This document shows, in pieces, positions 1 to 8,882 of a stretch of 64,000 nt of DNA. How positions within the stretch are numbered: the stretch's first letter is position 1; each line of letters starts with the position of its first letter. The translations under genes were made by a program, and so were the position numbers. The notes under the pieces were generated by a model. That model had not been told where the DNA came from and searched no databases. It saw only the letters and a program-made list of their open reading frames with translations. Source of the DNA: a virus (lineage: Duplodnaviria > Caudoviricetes); the IMG/VR virus record IMGVR_UViG_3300029305_005484; one strand, 5' to 3'.

Positions 1-24
1 ACAGATATCATTTCCATTTTTATT

Positions 25-639
25 TTATCCTCCATAATATGATTTATGCCTAATATCACATTGTCTACTACGTATAAGGGCATCTATATTAAACACTTCT
101 CTTTTAATAAAATGATCTGATGTTTTCCTATTATCTATTAACATAGATTTACTTATATTATTAGATTCGTATGAATCATTTATTACTTGAATAGAAAAAT
201 TATCAGGGAGTGCAACTCTTGTATTATTTATAACATCAATTATTACCTGATATTCATATTTGTTTACATCATAATCAAACATCTCAAATTTATCTTTATC
301 TGAGCAGTCTTCAAATATACTTTCATCACCATCAGATATTCTATCTATGATATCAGCAATACTTCTTTGTAAACTATCTGGTACATACAAAAACATCATT
401 TCTAAAAGTATAGTAGCTTGATAAAAACCACCATTGAATATATCTGACACTATTGTATTATATAATTTATTTATTATTACTTCATCAGGTTTTATAAATT
501 TAGAGTTTTTCCCTTTAAATCTTCGTATTTCATTTATTTCCCCAGTTGTGCGATTGAATGAATTCTCTATCATTTCTTTCAAAAACCTTTCCATAATTTT
601 TAATTTCTTTTTTACAATAAAATTCTGATACTGTATCAT
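25..639 (-). CDS. hypothetical protein
   Basis: 204-aa ORF, last of three co-oriented ORFs; true start may be a downstream Met because it overlaps the next ORF. Confidence 0.65.
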   Translation of the reverse strand: MIQYQNFIVKKKLKIMERFLKEMIENSFNRTTGEINEIRRFKGKNSKFIKPDEVIINKLYNTIVSDIFNGGFYQATILLEMMFLYVPDSLQRSIADIIDRISDGDESIFEDCSDKDKFEMFDYDVNKYEYQVIIDVINNTRVALPDNFSIQVINDSYESNNISKSMLIDNRKTSDHFIKREVFNIDALIRSRQCDIRHKSYYGG

Positions 640-1051
640 AAATAATTAATACATCTTTCACAATTTGATTTATTGATATACCTCTTTCAGCACGTTCTAA
701 AATACTAGAATATGATATGTCTTGATATATTGATTTGTTTGGATATATACCATATATTGAATTAGATATATTGCGTATTTGATATTTTATATAGTTATTT
801 AAATATATAAAATATTCATTATGAATACAATCTGGGACAAGTAATTTTAATATATCAAACTGAATTTGTAGTATTTCATCTACATTAATTTTTCTACTTT
901 CTATAGTTATAAATCCTCTATCAATATCTAATTTTTCCAATAAATCTTTCTCACAATCTATATATACATATTCAGAAAAATCTGGTGAAATATACTCTGT
1001 ACAATTATAATCTTCATCAATATAAGAACACTTCGCTATCGATACATCCAT
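530..1051 (-). CDS. hypothetical protein
   Basis: 173-aa ORF with GAAGGAGA RBS upstream. Confidence 0.75.
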   Translation of the reverse strand: MDVSIAKCSYIDEDYNCTEYISPDFSEYVYIDCEKDLLEKLDIDRGFITIESRKINVDEILQIQFDILKLLVPDCIHNEYFIYLNNYIKYQIRNISNSIYGIYPNKSIYQDISYSSILERAERGISINQIVKDVLIIYDTVSEFYCKKEIKNYGKVFERNDREFIQSHNWGNK

Positions 1052-1589
1052 AAATATATCTCCTTCTGTCGTCTATTAATTTTTGAGATACTACATCATA
1101 GTAATTTCTTGATATAATTTTAAATGGTTTAAATGTAAATCCAATACCATCATCAATTCTTGTATTATGGAGTAAATCAATACTATCAATAGTTTCATCA
1201 TTTAATATTGAAATAATACTTTTATCACACATATACATATGTGATAGATATATATCATCTGCAGTACCTTTCCATGGATATCTTAATAAATTAATTAGTA
1301 ATTCAAAATCAATATATTCAATTTCAAAATCATCATAATCTAAAGCATTAAAATAATCCAGTATACTATGCATAAATGATTTTATAATTTCACCACTAAA
1401 TACTTCATAATATTCAGTTAATAAATACTCCAGAGTTTCATAATATTGAAAATTGATATCAGATTCAGAACCAATAGTTTTATTTTCTTTTCTTATAATA
1501 TCTATCCATTTTTCACTTATAGTTTCTTTATCAAAATCTTTTATCGATGTTGTAGGTAAATTTGGAAGTCCACCATAGTATTCCCTCAT
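1017..1589 (-). CDS. hypothetical protein (early)
   Basis: 190-aa ORF, GGGGTGA RBS, TATATTAT motif upstream. Confidence 0.75.
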   Translation of the reverse strand: MREYYGGLPNLPTTSIKDFDKETISEKWIDIIRKENKTIGSESDINFQYYETLEYLLTEYYEVFSGEIIKSFMHSILDYFNALDYDDFEIEYIDFELLINLLRYPWKGTADDIYLSHMYMCDKSIISILNDETIDSIDLLHNTRIDDGIGFTFKPFKIISRNYYDVVSQKLIDDRRRYIYGCIDSEVFLY

Positions 1590-1620
1590 TTAATCACCCC
1601 TTATAATAATACTCATAAAT

Positions 1621-1630
1621 ATAATATATT
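1621..1630 (-). promoter_or_regulatory. putative early promoter (AATATATTAT)
   Basis: Motif recurs shortly upstream of several non-structural genes; resembles phiKZ/AR9 early consensus. Confidence 0.6.
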
Positions 1631-1658
1631 AATATTTTTACCTGATTAATATGAAAAA

Positions 1659-1670
1659 AACATTATTCTA
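1659..1670 (+). promoter_or_regulatory. putative late promoter AACA-N6-TA
   Basis: AACATTATTCTA upstream of the 1109-aa gene; matches the AR9 nvRNAP late consensus. Confidence 0.6.
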
Positions 1671-1702
1671 ATACTGAAAGATTATAGAAAGTAGGTGTTA
1701 AT

Positions 1703-4700
1703 ATGACTCCAATTTCAAATTGGGAACCTATTATTGGTTTACCAGATACACTGGAGAAATTATTGAAAGAAACTGAAATTAATAACTCTTTTAGAGAAAC
1801 TGATGTTAATGATACATTAAAAGATACAATGGAATCTTCATATTCTTTTTTATATAGAATGCAGCAAGATTCCGTTAATTATTCACGTCATCATTTTCAG
1901 ACTAGAGAGTTTTTGTTAACTACAACTTACAGTGATATTCAAACTGGTCTAAAAACATATGGTGATATGTTGATGGAGTTAGAAAAATCTGAGAATCCAG
2001 ATGAAAATGAAATTTCTAAACTAAAAAGAATATTAGCCGAATTTGGTGAAGTTAGATTTGGTGATCTGTATTTAGATAACAAAAGAAGAGTATCTGTTAA
2101 TATAGATCATGATATTATTCCACCAGAAACAAAAGAAATTTTCAGAAGATCTAGTTTTTATAGAACTGATTTATCTATGGGAACTCTACTCAATAATAGC
2201 AAAATCTTTAGAGAGATTCCTATAGCAATTATTGATAATGAGGTTAGAATGGATATCAGTATTTATCCATTGGAACAAGGTACAAAGATTATCTTCAATC
2301 ATATGAATGCTAAAGATTTATATAATACAAAAGAATCACAAATCTTTCATGATGTATGTATACTCTTTATTCCAAATACAAATATTGAAGTATCTGTGTA
2401 TGATAAAGATATGATTTTATCGGGTATTATTCCTCTATCTAATTTAAAAATGGATAAAAAAGGTTCTTACTTTATGACAGTTAAAGGACAGGGTGAAAAA
2501 CATTCATCACATTTAATTCCTGTAACTAAAGTAGATGAAACCAATATGTTTATATTCGATACAGATAAACGATTGAAAGAATTGGTTAATTCGTCAAAAG
2601 TTAATATCTTTGAAGTTTCAATCATTTTCTTTCAAGATTTATATAGGTATGATTTTAAAGGTATTTCAAATGACAATACAGTCAGTACAAGAATGCGTGG
2701 TTATTATATAAATAATAACTATATTGAAAAACCAGAATCTGAATTTTTCATACCTAAAATAAATAATGAAATGTTATCAATGCCTATTCCTGAAGATAAT
2801 ATATTAGTCATGAAGGCTGTATACGTAGATAGTAAAGTTGATAGATATGAACCTTCTTATGGATGTTCTGTTAATTTACACTATCCAAATATATATCAAG
2901 TAAATGATATAGAACAGGAAAAAGGTGATAAATACCAAATTTATTTCTTTTATAAAGAAATGCCTGAAGTTGAATATACATCTATAACAGACTTCTATTG
3001 GGATTATTTGATGTTTAGATATAACAACAAATATTCATTAGAGGAAGTTATAAATAAAGTATATTTTAGAGATACTGATTACAATATAAATCAGTTCTTA
3101 AAGTTATCAGAAGATGAATTATCATCTTTAGATACAGAGAAAATGAAATTGGAAGGTGATTACCTGAATATATTCTATTCATTATTTGAAAAGATGTTAG
3201 AATATTCTGATTACAGATATAATTATGGGACACCAGATTTTATCGATAATTATAAAGGTGATGAAATACCACTTCAATATAAAATTAGCAAGATGATGGA
3301 ATTTATTCGTGCTGATTGGAAAGTTCTTCCAGAATATGTTAAGAAAGAAAGAAGAAAAGAAACTTTATTCCATTTCTTCACAAATACAATTAACTTATCT
3401 GGTAGATTTAGACGAAGTACTAGATTAGAAGATAGAGAGCATAACTCTATTTTATTTGCATCTGAGTGTATATTAACTGATGAAAGTAATCCGAATGCTT
3501 TATTAGTATCAGATTCCAAATCATATGATAAAGAAAATGAAGTATTTATCGATGATGTAAAAATTTTATTACCAAATGTAAAAGTTGGTGATTATGTTGA
3601 ACTAACAAATCTTACAAACAGATATGTCTTTGCATTCAGAAATCATGGAGAAGATATACTTAAGATGAAAGTATATATTGATGGTTTACTTTGCTCTGAT
3701 GTTGTAATAGTAAATAGTTTAGGTACTGATTACTTATACTTACCTACAAATGCTGTATCAGAGAATAGTTATATCATGATGGAATTAGAATGGTCTATGG
3801 ATGATGCATTTATTCAGACATTAGAATTCACTGATAATACTGAATGGAAAACTGTCCATATCGTAGAAAATGAGCATATAGAATATACCATGAATGATGT
3901 TCTTATTAAACTCAATGGTTCTACATTAAATAAAGATGATTACATATTACAACTTATAAGACATGAAATTCCATATTCAATGTATGATGAAAATCATAAT
4001 ATTGAAAATAAGTATGGAATTGTAACTGATATCAATATTCAATTAACAAATGTTGATATTAGTGAATCAGTCTCTGTTGATGTTATTGTAAATAAAACAT
4101 CATTCTTTGCATATGGAGTTGCAAAGAGAAATGGATATCCACGTTTTGATTTAACTAAAATTAAATTAAAACATGATGTATCTAGAGCAAGGTTGTATTA
4201 CAATGGTAGATTAGCACCAAGTAATACATTTAGAAGTATTAATTCTGAAGGGAGAGAATATATTCAATCAAGAATATTCTGCGAAACAGGTGATGAATAC
4301 TTATTTGAATATTCTCCATACACAAAAGAAATTATTTGTGAAATGGATGAATTCGATCCTAATGAAATAATAGACTTCTCAAAATATATTGATAAACCTT
4401 TAGACCCTGAATACTATGAAGTATTTGTAAATGGTAGAAGATTAGGACTTCCAAATATCTTTAAAATTGGACCTTATCATACTGCGTTTAGAGGTGTTAA
4501 AAGTAAATACTTACTTTCAATATTTGAAAAAGAAAGAGATTTTGAATACTTTGGATATTCTAAAGTATTAAAAGATGGAGAAGAATTTTTCTATACCATT
4601 AATGATTTATTTGAAGAGTCTTTCATTTCTGAAGGAGAAATTAAATTAATCGTTGATGCATATATAGAAAAAATTAAACATGAAGATGTAATTATTGAAC

Positions 4701-5032
4701 CTAATAATTTAATTGAATCTCCAATCACATATGATATTGAAAGTGGATTAATTGAAGAAATGAAAATTTTCTTCTTTGAAGAGTTGTTACCTTTAGGGCT
4801 TGGAAATCCAGACGAGGTACAATTTAATAAAGCTTACTTCTCGGAAGTATTCCCGAATTTTACAAAAGAATTTTTAGTAGAAGGTGAAGATGATAATCCT
4901 GATGTTATTTATTTAAACCCAGATGTTACTGCAAGAATATATGATGCAGAAACTAATGAGTATGAAATTATAGATACTAAGGATGCTGATCCAGAAAAAT
5001 CTTTTGTAATGCTTATGGGTGAAGCGGAATAA
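1703..5032 (+). CDS. large putative virion structural protein (baseplate/tail region)
   Basis: 1109-aa ORF, late promoter, repeated beta-rich V-Y/F-x-N/D-G-R/L motifs seen in jumbo phage baseplate proteins. Confidence 0.55.
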   Translation: MTPISNWEPIIGLPDTLEKLLKETEINNSFRETDVNDTLKDTMESSYSFLYRMQQDSVNYSRHHFQTREFLLTTTYSDIQTGLKTYGDMLMELEKSENPDENEISKLKRILAEFGEVRFGDLYLDNKRRVSVNIDHDIIPPETKEIFRRSSFYRTDLSMGTLLNNSKIFREIPIAIIDNEVRMDISIYPLEQGTKIIFNHMNAKDLYNTKESQIFHDVCILFIPNTNIEVSVYDKDMILSGIIPLSNLKMDKKGSYFMTVKGQGEKHSSHLIPVTKVDETNMFIFDTDKRLKELVNSSKVNIFEVSIIFFQDLYRYDFKGISNDNTVSTRMRGYYINNNYIEKPESEFFIPKINNEMLSMPIPEDNILVMKAVYVDSKVDRYEPSYGCSVNLHYPNIYQVNDIEQEKGDKYQIYFFYKEMPEVEYTSITDFYWDYLMFRYNNKYSLEEVINKVYFRDTDYNINQFLKLSEDELSSLDTEKMKLEGDYLNIFYSLFEKMLEYSDYRYNYGTPDFIDNYKGDEIPLQYKISKMMEFIRADWKVLPEYVKKERRKETLFHFFTNTINLSGRFRRSTRLEDREHNSILFASECILTDESNPNALLVSDSKSYDKENEVFIDDVKILLPNVKVGDYVELTNLTNRYVFAFRNHGEDILKMKVYIDGLLCSDVVIVNSLGTDYLYLPTNAVSENSYIMMELEWSMDDAFIQTLEFTDNTEWKTVHIVENEHIEYTMNDVLIKLNGSTLNKDDYILQLIRHEIPYSMYDENHNIENKYGIVTDINIQLTNVDISESVSVDVIVNKTSFFAYGVAKRNGYPRFDLTKIKLKHDVSRARLYYNGRLAPSNTFRSINSEGREYIQSRIFCETGDEYLFEYSPYTKEIICEMDEFDPNEIIDFSKYIDKPLDPEYYEVFVNGRRLGLPNIFKIGPYHTAFRGVKSKYLLSIFEKERDFEYFGYSKVLKDGEEFFYTINDLFEESFISEGEIKLIVDAYIEKIKHEDVIIEPNNLIESPITYDIESGLIEEMKIFFFEELLPLGLGNPDEVQFNKAYFSEVFPNFTKEFLVEGEDDNPDVIYLNPDVTARIYDAETNEYEIIDTKDADPEKSFVMLMGEAE

Positions 5033-5054
5033 TTAAGAAAGGAAGAGAAGGAAA

Positions 5055-6284
5055 ATGTCAAATAAAAAGACTTATGATTCTGACGTTAGATATGGTGCTT
5101 CCTTCTTGAGTATCGATAGAAATAAACAGAGTCAACCAGGAGAAATCATGAGTGATAAAACTACTGGTGAAGTTTATATAAAAAGACCTCAAGATGGAAA
5201 GATTATAAGTTTTCGTCATAAATCTCATACATTATATGAAGCTATTCAGGAATTTAATATTCAATTCCAATCATCAATAGGATTTGCATATCCTGATGAT
5301 CCTGGCTCATATTTGTTAGGCTCTAAATTTACAATTGATGAATTTTTAGAGGCTGAAGATAAAAAAGATATTTTAATGGATAACCATGAACTTAAATATA
5401 CATTTGATATTTCAAATAAAACAAATGGTATTTATATCAAACCTATTACTAGATTTGGTGATAAAACTATCTGTGGTTATCTTGCTGGTCAGTTCTCAGA
5501 ACATGAGTATATTAATTTTACTACTGTTCCTAGAACATTTGAAGAGTGGTTAGATTTATCTAATCTTTATGAATCTTCATATTTATATACTGAATGGAAA
5601 CATTTGGAAAATTGGGAAGGTTGTAATGGATTAGCAGATATCAGTATTAAAGTTACTGGTGCTGATGAAGATGGACTTATTATCGAAAGAGAGATATCAT
5701 TTACAACATGTATTAATCTTAATGAATATACATACGTTCGTTTTCCAGATGAATACAAAAAAGATATTGTAGATATCTATAGTATCAATGTAACTATCAA
5801 TAAGTTATATGATCCTAAACTTCAGTATGAAAGATACTTAGCGAGTTCAACTTTAACAACATCTGGAATTGACTCTGTCGTAGATAGATTGATGGATGTT
5901 GATAATGTTGTTAACCTACAATCACTGGATATTTTCTACTTTATATCTGGTGCATCACAACTACCAACTAATGAAAATGTATCAATTACACAATGTGTAG
6001 ATGTTGATTATCTTGAAAAAGCTTTAGTTTATTTATCAACAAGTAGTGGTGCTAGAGCAATTCAGTCATCAGAAACTGAACCTGAAGCATTCCCTGTTGA
6101 TACATTATGGGCTGAAGAAATTAGAGATATTCAGGGTACAGATGTTACTGAAACTCAAGCAATTGATACCTTTTATGATTTGGAAAAAGGATTATATCAT
6201 GACACAAGTGATACAGTAGAATTTACAGATGAAACGAATAATGCTGAAAATGTATTTATCGAAACTGTATCTGGTAGTGTGTAG
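5055..6284 (+). CDS. putative virion protein
   Basis: 409-aa acidic ORF in the late operon, AAGGA RBS. Confidence 0.55.
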   Translation: MSNKKTYDSDVRYGASFLSIDRNKQSQPGEIMSDKTTGEVYIKRPQDGKIISFRHKSHTLYEAIQEFNIQFQSSIGFAYPDDPGSYLLGSKFTIDEFLEAEDKKDILMDNHELKYTFDISNKTNGIYIKPITRFGDKTICGYLAGQFSEHEYINFTTVPRTFEEWLDLSNLYESSYLYTEWKHLENWEGCNGLADISIKVTGADEDGLIIEREISFTTCINLNEYTYVRFPDEYKKDIVDIYSINVTINKLYDPKLQYERYLASSTLTTSGIDSVVDRLMDVDNVVNLQSLDIFYFISGASQLPTNENVSITQCVDVDYLEKALVYLSTSSGARAIQSSETEPEAFPVDTLWAEEIRDIQGTDVTETQAIDTFYDLEKGLYHDTSDTVEFTDETNNAENVFIETVSGSV

Positions 6285-6298
6285 GAGGTGTATTATAA

Positions 6299-6511
6299 AT
6301 GGCAAAAATTTTAGAACCTACTAAAGAATACTTCATTGATAATTGTCCTATTTATCCAGTAGAAACTGCAAATAGTGACCCTAGTGTAAACTTAGGTGAT
6401 CACCCAGAATGTTATGCAATAGAAGTATTTGAAGATACGAGAATTGATGCTGATACTCCTAGTGAAAATAATCCTGTTCATATTAACCATACAGGAATTA
6501 TTAAAGAATAG
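6299..6511 (+). CDS. small hypothetical protein
   Basis: 70 aa, strong AGGAGGTG RBS. Confidence 0.75.
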   Translation: MAKILEPTKEYFIDNCPIYPVETANSDPSVNLGDHPECYAIEVFEDTRIDADTPSENNPVHINHTGIIKE

Positions 6512-6522
6512 GAGGTATTAAT

Positions 6523-6771
6523 ATGAGTATTTTACAAAAAGCAAAAGACGTTGTTCTTCATGCTAAAAATAAAGTTACTGGTGTTGGTACTGAGGTTAAA
6601 GTTATTTATCCAACAACTCGTTGGGAAAATATCCTTGGTGCACCAAGATTATTAACATCAGACACAATAGAAAAATCATTCCCATCAGAATATGCTTTAT
6701 ATTCATATGGTGATTTAACTATATCTGATGAAGAGTATGAAGCATGTTTTGGAAATGTTTTTGAAGAATAA
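6523..6771 (+). CDS. small hypothetical protein (possibly tail-associated)
   Basis: 82 aa, AGGAGGT RBS, IYPTT motif like the N-termini of fibre-associated proteins. Confidence 0.7.
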   Translation: MSILQKAKDVVLHAKNKVTGVGTEVKVIYPTTRWENILGAPRLLTSDTIEKSFPSEYALYSYGDLTISDEEYEACFGNVFEE

Positions 6772-6775
6772 ATTT

Positions 6776-6808
6776 TGTGGTATAGACTTTTGTCTATACC
6801 ACATTTTT
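6776..6808 (+). terminator. intrinsic terminator
   Basis: TGTGGTATAGAC-TTTT-GTCTATACCACA followed by T tract. Confidence 0.85.
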
Positions 6809-6813
6809 ATTGA

Positions 6814-6821
6814 TATATTAT
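6814..6821 (+). promoter_or_regulatory. putative early promoter TATATTAT
   Basis: Motif directly after the terminator and upstream of the ORF at 6857. Confidence 0.55.
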
Positions 6822-6856
6822 AATCATGAATGAAACAAATGAAGGGAGATTTAAAT

Positions 6857-7180
6857 ATGAATAGACAAAATATTATTGAACTTATGTTTTCACAAGCTGG
6901 TCAACAAGCATTAAGAAGTGCATTACATTTACCAAAAAATATGCTAGGTTCTATTAGTTCTGTAGCAATTCAAAAATTTAATAAGGATACTGTATCAGGA
7001 GAAGAAATTCAATCAGATAAGTCTAAAATTTTATCTGAGGATAGTAGATATAAATTAACTTCTTTTTCTGAACATGTATTCAAACTAAATGAAGATAGAA
7101 CTTCACAATTGACATCACCTTTACATGATGATGTAGGAAATCATGTTTATGGATTAATAGAAAGCGGTATAGAACGATGA
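6857..7180 (+). CDS. hypothetical protein
   Basis: ORF; ATG at 6857 chosen because AAGGGAGA precedes it. Confidence 0.7.
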   Translation: MNRQNIIELMFSQAGQQALRSALHLPKNMLGSISSVAIQKFNKDTVSGEEIQSDKSKILSEDSRYKLTSFSEHVFKLNEDRTSQLTSPLHDDVGNHVYGLIESGIER

Positions 7181-7767
7181 TGACAATTTATCTATTTTAT
7201 TTTAAAGATAATGATGACAATAGAGAGTTAGAACCTTATCTATATGCATATACTACAAGTAAATTATTAGCAAATAGATTTATGGATTTTAGAGATATGG
7301 ATAAATTCAAACTTGTTAAGAGAGAAATTAGTGATAAAAATTACAGTGATTTCTCAAGGCAATATCCAACTCAACAATTGACAACAACTAGATTTTTAAC
7401 AAAACCAGATAAAGATACAATAGGAAAATCGTATGTGGAAATTGTATGTACATGGGATGAAGAAAAGAATTCTATTATAAATAGTGATGATACAGTATTC
7501 ACTATGTTTAGAGATAAGATGTTTAATCCAAGATACTTGTCACTAGACTTAAAAATTGATTTATGTAAATTAGGATTCTTTACAATATACCAATATTTAT
7601 ATCAACAAATGTACATATATGAACCTCTATCAGATCCTGAATTTTCTGGTGTGTTTAATCCTGATATAATTGCAGGTGATACAATGAGACCACTTCCACA
7701 TAATCTCAAGACAGACCAGTTTGAGATGTTCATGTATTTGTATAATGGTACTATAAAAGAAAAATAA
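7177..7767 (+). CDS. hypothetical protein
   Basis: 196 aa, ATGA overlap with the previous gene. Confidence 0.75.
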   Translation: MMTIYLFYFKDNDDNRELEPYLYAYTTSKLLANRFMDFRDMDKFKLVKREISDKNYSDFSRQYPTQQLTTTRFLTKPDKDTIGKSYVEIVCTWDEEKNSIINSDDTVFTMFRDKMFNPRYLSLDLKIDLCKLGFFTIYQYLYQQMYIYEPLSDPEFSGVFNPDIIAGDTMRPLPHNLKTDQFEMFMYLYNGTIKEK

Positions 7768-7800
7768 AGAATGATGTTAATTCATCATTCTTTATTTTTT
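7761..7800. terminator. bidirectional terminator
   Basis: AAAATAAAGAATGATG...CATCATTCTTTATTTT between converging units. Confidence 0.8.
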
Positions 7801-7816
7801 ATATATTTAATAAAAG

Positions 7817-8203
7817 TTATTCAGTTCTTTCCCAGATATATACTGCTTTATATGGAGGCATATTATTATGTGGTTGATTTCCTCCTGTACCTGTTGAATA
7901 TTCGACATTATCAACTGCTTTATTTGAATTCGCTGTCCAAGAACCACCTGTTTCAGCTGATATCCAGTTCACACCCCAGTTCATTGTAAGAGCATGATTA
8001 TGAAGAGGCATTTCATTTACAGTTAATGTATGACTTGCTTCACCACCAATACTATTAACATCATAAGAGCCACCAGCACCAAGTAAAAATCTATCATCAA
8101 TTCTTATCCAAGTTATACCACCATATTCTTCAATAACCTTTTCCATAGTATCTAATGTTGTAGAGTGTATAACCATACCAACATGTGATCGGTTGCAGTT
8201 TTG
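7817..8203 (-). other. cassette 1: start-less T4 gp10 C-terminal-like tail/baseplate module
   Basis: Frame opens inside the repeat (TAA CAA AAC TGC AAC CGA TCA CAT GTT GGT ATG); HVGMVIHST..YGGITW..RFLLGAG..GGEASHTLTVNEMPLHNH..HNNMPPYKAVYIWERTE matches the YPVGSIY..GGTW..HNNLPPY..VY.W.R pattern; domain similarity begins before the Met at 8176, which has no RBS. Confidence 0.8.
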
Positions 8204-8274
8204 TTAAGTAAGTTTTCTGTAATCAAAGGAAATTACCGATAACTAGAGAAATTTAACTTAACAAAATTGGTTCC
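8191..8274 (-). repeat. 84-bp hairpin repeat, copy 1
   Basis: GGTTGCAGTTTTGTTAAGT...ACTTAACAAAATTGGTTCC; inverted arms TTTTGTTAAGT/ACTTAACAAAA. Confidence 0.97.
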
Positions 8275-8292
8275 CCAATAATTTTAATTATA

Positions 8293-8565
8293 TTAAGAAT
8301 CTATCTTTCCTTGTATTAGAATAAATTCTGCAGGATCATTAGAATTCCATACACTATCAAAATGTAAAACATATACTTCTTTTGTTTCATTAGTATGTTC
8401 TCTAGTTATACCTCTACATATCCAATGTGCATTAGAATAGCATATTGCAGCTAATAATGCATAACCATCTCTAATAGTTTGATATACATAATTTGCTCCA
8501 ATACCATCTAAAGTTACTTTATCTATATAAAATCTTTCTTGATTAGTTTGTTGGTTGCAGTTTTG
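8293..8565 (-). other. cassette 2: start-less coding module of about 90 aa
   Basis: Hand translation QNCNQQTNQERFYIDKVTLDGIGANYVYQTIRDGYALLAAICYSNAHWICRGITREHTNETKEVYVLHFDSVWNSNDPAEFILIQGKIDS*; no Met; same phase relative to the repeat as cassette 1. Confidence 0.75.
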
Positions 8566-8636
8566 TTAAGTAAGATTTCTGTAATCTTCGTAAATTACCG
8601 ATAACTAGAGAAAGTTAACTTAACAAAATTGGTTCC
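8553..8636 (-). repeat. 84-bp hairpin repeat, copy 2
   Basis: 78/84 identical to copy 1 by manual alignment, no indels. Confidence 0.97.
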
Positions 8637-8660
8637 TCTTTGTCCATTCACCAAGAAGAG

Positions 8661-8698
8661 AAATAAAGAGAAGTGATGCAGACACTTCTCTTTATTTT
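8661..8698. terminator. intrinsic terminator hairpin
   Basis: AAATAAAGAGAAGTG-N7-CACTTCTCTTTATTT. Confidence 0.8.
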
Positions 8699-8810
8699 CA
8701 CCATACATAAAAAATCTTTACTTTCAAAGGAGTCCAAATATGAAATCACAATCAAAACATGAATCCAAACTTGAAACGTTCTATTATATAAGATAATAGA
8801 TTAGTATTTT
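8661..8810 (-). ncRNA. candidate late small RNA
   Basis: AACA-TTGTAA-TA at 8821-8810 on the minus strand, terminator at 8698-8661, no convincing minus-strand ORF between. Confidence 0.35.
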
Positions 8811-8840
8811 ATTACAATGTTTATTACTAAAAATATTTAC

Positions 8841-8852
8841 GACAATATTTTA
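8841..8852 (+). promoter_or_regulatory. putative late promoter GACA-N6-TA
   Basis: GACAATATTTTA upstream of 8883. Confidence 0.55.
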
Positions 8853-8882
8853 ATTGAAACATGAAAGGTTGGTTATGTATAA

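Noticed and set aside
7771-7989. Short antisense or overlapping ORFs in the track (e.g. 7771-7989, 16186-16761, 23836-24273, 61987-62601)
   Set aside because: Shadow frames opposite well-supported genes, without RBS
8192-8203. Conserved Asn-Cys at cassette starts as an intein C-terminal junction
   Set aside because: An in-frame stop lies two codons before the Asn, so no intein C-fragment can be encoded
8191-8636. CRISPR array or canonical integron attC reading of the 84-bp repeats
   Set aside because: Repeats are too long, and the intervening DNA is a coding frame of 278 bp; no cas or intI gene is seen; RYYYAAC...GTTRRRY order is not met
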